From positions 1,984,001-2,048,000 of the forward strand of contig OY970364.1 of assembly GCA_963718565.1 (NCBI GenBank): 64,000 bases of DNA, written 5' to 3'. Below are positions 59,223-64,000 of the stretch, one piece after another. The stretch comes from an uncultured Verrucomicrobiae bacterium. GTDB taxonomy: Bacteria; Chlamydiota; Chlamydiia; Chlamydiales; Rhabdochlamydiaceae. Under the pieces are notes generated by a model. That model saw only the letters and a program-made list of their open reading frames with translations, made no database searches and was not told where the DNA came from. Each line of letters opens with the position of its first letter. Positions within the stretch are counted from its first letter, which is position 1. Position numbers and translations under genes: made by a program.

Positions 59223-60082
59223 AAGTTTGGGTAACTGGGGCAGAGGGAATGCTCGGCTCTGCCTTGATTCAGTCTTGTTTAAGGAAAGAAATCGATGTCG
59301 CAGGAACTTCTCGGCAAGATGCGGATATTGTTCAACTCGACACCCTTTCTGGCATAGCAGCTCAAATCAGACCCACCCACATTGTGAATTGCGCAGCCTA
59401 TACGGATGTCGATGGAGCGGAAAAAGAACCTAAATTGGCTTTTGCTGTGAATGCTGAAGGGGCTGCAAATGTGGCTTGCGTCGCGCGGAATTGCGGCGCG
59501 CGTTTGATCCATATCTCCACAGACTATGTTTTCAATGGGAATGGAATACAGCCCTATCTTGAGGAAGATTCTTGTGTTCCATCGAACCAATATGGTCGGA
59601 CTAAATGGGAGGGTGAGAAAAAGGTGGTGGAGATCTTACCCAATGCCTGTGTTGTGCGCACCTCATGGTTGTTTGGAACAAAGGGCAAAAATTTTATTTC
59701 CTCATTGATGAACTGGTTTCAACAAAAAGAAGAGCTTCAAGTGGTGTATGATCAACGGGGGAAACCGACGTATTGCTATGATCTGGCAGCCGCTGTTCTG
59801 ACGTTATTGGATGCAAGTGGGATCATCCATTTTGCAAATGATGGAGAAAGATCCCGCTATCAAATTGCGCTTGATCTTATGGAGGCATCAAAAGAGAGAG
59901 GAATTCCATTGAGATGCGAGCGGATTATTCCTGTTCCTAGCTCTAAATTCCCTACTTTAGCTGTCAGACCTCCTTATAGTGTACTTAACACAAACAAATA
60001 TTTTCATCTCACGAACGTCAAACCCCGTCCTTGGGGTGAAATTTTAAACGACTATTTACATCATTATGCATCCCCCACGTAA
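59219..60082 (+). CDS. rfbD: dTDP-4-dehydrorhamnose reductase
   Basis: GAEGMLG, AAYTDVD, STDYVF, YGRTK. Confidence 0.93.
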   Translation: MKVWVTGAEGMLGSALIQSCLRKEIDVAGTSRQDADIVQLDTLSGIAAQIRPTHIVNCAAYTDVDGAEKEPKLAFAVNAEGAANVACVARNCGARLIHISTDYVFNGNGIQPYLEEDSCVPSNQYGRTKWEGEKKVVEILPNACVVRTSWLFGTKGKNFISSLMNWFQQKEELQVVYDQRGKPTYCYDLAAAVLTLLDASGIIHFANDGERSRYQIALDLMEASKERGIPLRCERIIPVPSSKFPTLAVRPPYSVLNTNKYFHLTNVKPRPWGEILNDYLHHYASPT

Positions 60083-61070
60083 ACGTTTTCTAGTCACAGG
60101 CGGCGCCGGTTTTATCGGATCTGCATTCATCCGTTATGGCTTAAAGCATCACTTGCAATGTGAAAAGATCATCAACCTCGATCTTTTGACCTACGCTGCG
60201 GACCTGCGGAACCTCACTTCCGCTGAAGCGGACCCGCGTTACCATTTTGTCCAAGGGGATATCCGTGATGAAACATTGATAGAAAAACTTTGCGCCGAGC
60301 ATAATATCGATGCCATTGTTCATTTTGCCGCGGAAAGCCACGTCGATCGCAGTATTTTAGGGCCGCGTGCTTTTTTTGAGACCAATGTCGGGGGAACACT
60401 TTCTTTATTAGAAGTGATCCGGCGTCAACGCCATATTCATTTCCATCACATTTCTACCGATGAGGTCTATGGGGCATTAACGCAAGAAGGCGCTTTTACT
60501 GAAAATTCTCCTTATCGCCCAAATTCTCCTTATTCTGCTTCTAAGGCCTCTTCTGATCATTTTGTGCGCTCCTATGCGCATACTTATGGCCTTTCTACGA
60601 CAGTTTCGCATTGCACAAATAACTACGGGCCTTGCCAGAACGTTGAAAAGTTCATTCCCCGTATGATCGCAGGATGCTTTCACAGAAAGTCACTTCCTGT
60701 TTATGGGGAAGGTATCCAGGTTCGGGATTGGATTTTTGTTGACGACCATTCCGAAGCAGTGTGGTCAATTCTTGAAAAAGGCGAAAGAGGAAATATTTAC
60801 GGTATTGGCGGGGAATGCGAACGAAGAAATATCGATCTTGTCCATTCCATCGTTCATGAATTTGCCCATTTGAAAGAAGAAAATCCTAAAGATTTTATCT
60901 CACTCATCACGTTTATCGGTGATCGTCCCGGCCACGATTTTCGTTATGCGATTGACTGTAGTAAAATCAAGCAAGCACTCTGTTGGCGTCCCTCACATGA
61001 CTTATCATTAGGGATCCGTAAAACAATTGCTTGGTATTTAGAAAACCCAGATAGGTTAGAAATCCCATGA
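60066..61070 (+). CDS. rfbB: dTDP-glucose 4,6-dehydratase
   Basis: GGAGFIGS, FAAESHVDRS, STDEVYG, YSASK, DRPGHDFRYA. Confidence 0.94.
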   Translation: MHPPRKRFLVTGGAGFIGSAFIRYGLKHHLQCEKIINLDLLTYAADLRNLTSAEADPRYHFVQGDIRDETLIEKLCAEHNIDAIVHFAAESHVDRSILGPRAFFETNVGGTLSLLEVIRRQRHIHFHHISTDEVYGALTQEGAFTENSPYRPNSPYSASKASSDHFVRSYAHTYGLSTTVSHCTNNYGPCQNVEKFIPRMIAGCFHRKSLPVYGEGIQVRDWIFVDDHSEAVWSILEKGERGNIYGIGGECERRNIDLVHSIVHEFAHLKEENPKDFISLITFIGDRPGHDFRYAIDCSKIKQALCWRPSHDLSLGIRKTIAWYLENPDRLEIP

Positions 61071-61837
61071 TCATGAACACAAAGAAAATTGCTTGTGTCA
61101 TTCCTGCGCGCTTGAAGTCGACACGTTTCCCCAAGAAAATGCTCGCCACTCTCAAAGGCAGACCTTTGCTCCAATGGGTTTGGGACAGTGCACGTAAAGT
61201 CCCGCTGTTTGGCGAAGTTGTTTTCGCCATCGATGCGGAAGAAACTGCGCAGCTCATCCGTGGCTTCGGTGGCAAATTCATCATGACCTCGGAGAAGTGT
61301 ACAAATGGAACAGAGCGACTGATCGAACTTTTAGAAAAAAATTTAGTCACTGCGGACATTTGGGTAAATTGGCAGGGAGATGAGCCATTTATCAATGAAC
61401 AGATGATTCGAGATTTATTACAGAGTTGCGAGGACGAAGAGAGTGATGTGTGGACGCTCAAAAAGAAAATTGTCAACATCGACGAAGCATCCAATCCGCA
61501 GATTGCCAAAGTTGTCTGCGACCATCGAGGATATGCGCTCTATTTTTCTCGAAGTCCCATCCCTTATTATCGCGATGTGACGGATTCAGCTCAGAAAAAT
61601 TTTTATAAACATGTGGGCCTCTACGCATTTACTCCGGAGTCCTTGAGAAAAATTTCTTGTTTACAGCCCTGCGCGGTGGAGGTTGCTGAACAGCTCGAGC
61701 AGTTACGCTTTCTGTATCATCATCTACGGGTTCGTGTTCATGAAACTCAATATGAAGTCTTTGGGATTGATCTTCCCGAGCATTTAGCCCTCGCTGAGGC
61801 CCACCTTGAACGGTTGCAGATGAAAGCCTGTAAGTAA
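61067..61837 (+). CDS. kdsB: 3-deoxy-manno-octulosonate cytidylyltransferase
   Basis: IPARLKSTRFP.K, QGDEP, LYFSRSPIP, LEQLR. Confidence 0.94.
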   Translation: MIMNTKKIACVIPARLKSTRFPKKMLATLKGRPLLQWVWDSARKVPLFGEVVFAIDAEETAQLIRGFGGKFIMTSEKCTNGTERLIELLEKNLVTADIWVNWQGDEPFINEQMIRDLLQSCEDEESDVWTLKKKIVNIDEASNPQIAKVVCDHRGYALYFSRSPIPYYRDVTDSAQKNFYKHVGLYAFTPESLRKISCLQPCAVEVAEQLEQLRFLYHHLRVRVHETQYEVFGIDLPEHLALAEAHLERLQMKACK

Positions 61838-62003
61838 CTCACCTTTGAATAATTTGAAAGCCGTAGCCTTCGCCAAGTACAGAGACCACCTTTTAAAAAA
61901 TTGTTTTAATTCTCGGTCACCTGCTGTAATCCTCTCGTTGAGAAAATCTCTTCACACCTGATACTATGGAGACCTAAGAGGCTAAAACCCTAGGAATTTT
62001 TAC

Positions 62004-63444
62004 ATGTCGACTGAAGAGCTCCTTAAAGAGCGTTCCACCTATAAATATGGATTTGTGACCCCGATCGAAACGGACGCGCTCCCAAAGGGTTTGAATGAGG
62101 AGATTATCCGTGCGATTTCCTCCAAAAAGAACGAACCCCCTTTTTTGCTTGATTTTCGCTTCAGGGCCTTTGCGAAATTTAAAGAGATGAAAGAGCCAGA
62201 TTGGGCTAATCTCACACATCCTCCTATCGATTTGCAAGAAATTTGTTACTATTCTGCGCCAAAGAAAAAACAGTCATTAAATAGTTTAGACGAGGTCGAT
62301 CCGGAGATTCTTAAAACATTTGAGAGATTGGGCATTCCCTTAGACGAGCAGAAACGGTTAACCAATGTCGCCATTGACGTCGTCTTTGACTCTGTTTCCT
62401 TAGGAACAACTTTTCAAAAAACATTGAAAGAAGCAGGTGTTGTCCTTTGTCCAATATCCGAAGCCGTCCAGCAGCTTCCCGAACTCATTGAAAAATATAT
62501 CGGTAGCGTTGTTCCCATTGGCGACAATTATTTTGCCGCCCTCAATTCCGCGGTTTTTTCCGATGGTTCTTTTGTCTATATTCCAAAAGGAGTGCGCTGT
62601 CCCATTGAACTTTCGACTTATTTTCGCATCAACGACAAACAAAGTGGTCAATTCGAACGGACGCTGATCATTGCAGAAGAAGGTTCCTACGTCAGCTATT
62701 TGGAAGGATGCACAGCGCCTGCATTTGATAATAACCAACTGCATGCTGCCGTTGTGGAGTTAATCGCCCATGAGCGTGCTGAAATCAAATATGCCACTGT
62801 TCAAAATTGGTACTCTGGCAACCCAGAGACGGGTGCAGGTGGGATCTACAATTTTGTCACAAAGCGCGGCCGCTGCCAAGGATACCGCTCTAAAATTACT
62901 TGGACACAGGTAGAGGCGGGAGCATGCGATCACTTGGAAATATCCCAGCTGTATTTTGCAAGGCGATGAATCTGTGGGAGAGTTTTATTCTGTAGCCCTG
63001 ACCAGTGGAAGGATGCAAGCCGACACAGGAACAAAAATGATTCATTTGGGAAAAAAGACGCGGTCAACCATCGTATCCAAGGGAATTTCTGCGGATAGGT
63101 CGCACAATACTTATCGAGGTCTTGTCAAAATGGCGCCGCGTGCAGACGATGCGCGCAATTATACCCAATGCGACTCAATGCTCGTCGGCAATCGCTGTTC
63201 GGCCAATACTTTTCCGTACATCGAAGTGGCCAATCAGACGGGACAAGTGGAACATGAAGCTTCCACCTCAAAAATGAATGAAGAACAGCTATTTTATCTA
63301 CAGACGCGTGGAATTTCACGAGAAGATGCAATCCATATGATTGTCAGCGGGTTTTGCAAAGATGTGATCCGCGAACTTCCCTTGGAATTTGCCGTTGAAG
63401 CTCAAAAGCTCTTAATGCTGAAGCTGGAGAACTCTGTTGGATAA
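62004..63444 (+). CDS. sufB: Fe-S cluster assembly protein SufB, one apparent frameshift near 62923
   Basis: [21 protein letters not shown]; continues as [23 protein letters not shown] in another frame. Confidence 0.93.
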
Positions 63445-63469
63445 AATTAAATTAAGGAATCTATAAACA

Positions 63470-64000
63470 ATGCTGGAGATTAAAAACTTACAAGTCAATG
63501 TCGATGAAAAGCCGATTTTAAGAGGATTGAACCTGAACGTCAAAAAAGGGGAGATCCATGCGATCATGGGCCCCAATGGCGCAGGCAAATCGACCCTTGC
63601 AAGAGTTCTTGCGGGCGACCCTTCTTATGAAGTGACCGGTGGCGAAATCTCTTTCGAGGGGCGAAATGTGCTCGAGCTCAATCCTGAAGAGCGGGCGCAT
63701 CTCGGCCTCTTTATGAGCTTTCAATACCCGATCGAAATTCCTGGCATTTCAAATCTACAATTTTTGCATGCTGCTTATAATGCTAAACTCAAAACAAAAG
63801 GCGAAGTTCCCGTTTCTGAAGAAGTATTCCAAAAGATCCTGGATGACAAGATGGCGCTTGTCGATGTGAAAAGTGAATTTAAACAGCGCAATCTTAATGA
63901 AGGGTTTTCCGGGGGAGAAAAAAAACGCAATGAAATTCTTCAGATGGCAATTCTTGCTCCCAAGCTTGCCATTCTCGATGAAACCGATTCAGGACTCGAT
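63470..64000 (+). CDS. sufC: Fe-S cluster assembly ATPase SufC, 3'-partial
   Basis: GPNGAGKST, FQYPIEIPG, NEGFSGGEKKRNEILQ, LDETDSGLD. Confidence 0.95.
   Translation, partial: MLEIKNLQVNVDEKPILRGLNLNVKKGEIHAIMGPNGAGKSTLARVLAGDPSYEVTGGEISFEGRNVLELNPEERAHLGLFMSFQYPIEIPGISNLQFLHAAYNAKLKTKGEVPVSEEVFQKILDDKMALVDVKSEFKQRNLNEGFSGGEKKRNEILQMAILAPKLAILDETDSGLD

Noticed and set aside
58689..61070. Missing rfbA as a pathway defect
   Set aside because: It may be encoded elsewhere; cannot be judged from this window
62915..62960. Split sufB or intein
   Set aside because: Removing one base restores ..[11 protein letters not shown]..; no inserted sequence; likely sequencing error

Overview
Chromosomal window from an environmental member of the Chlamydiae (inferred from the chlamydial-type ~1130-aa PBP2, mcsAB, tyrP, MOMP-like porin and rpsB-tsf-frr with adjacent tRNAs). 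Housekeeping and envelope genes: nnr, pagL-like, wza/wzc-like, nucleotide-sugar enzymes, dacB, emrAB plus outer-membrane factor, ppsA, rfbCDB, kdsB, sufBC. Four tRNAs (Gly, Glu, Lys, Thr). The mobile fraction is dense: (i) an IS607 element whose TnpB has the rearranged, Fanzor-like RuvC (DP / G instead of E / relocated E before the Zn finger); (ii) a ~6 x 127-bp tandem array directly after tRNA-Lys, each unit starting with an antisense match to the tRNA T-loop; (iii) a group IIC intron 5' fragment; (iv) an AbiE toxin-antitoxin pair and terminase relic between two IS1634 copies; (v) at least five families of palindromic MITE-like elements that nest in each other, leave short scars and twice insert in-frame into proteins. 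Candidate effectors include three YopT/C58-like Cys-His-Asp proteases (two recently tandem-duplicated) and a 943-aa protein with a C-terminal nucleoside-phosphorylase-like domain. Frameshifts in rpsB, tsf and sufB are most likely sequencing errors. All calls come from motif reading by eye, without database searches.
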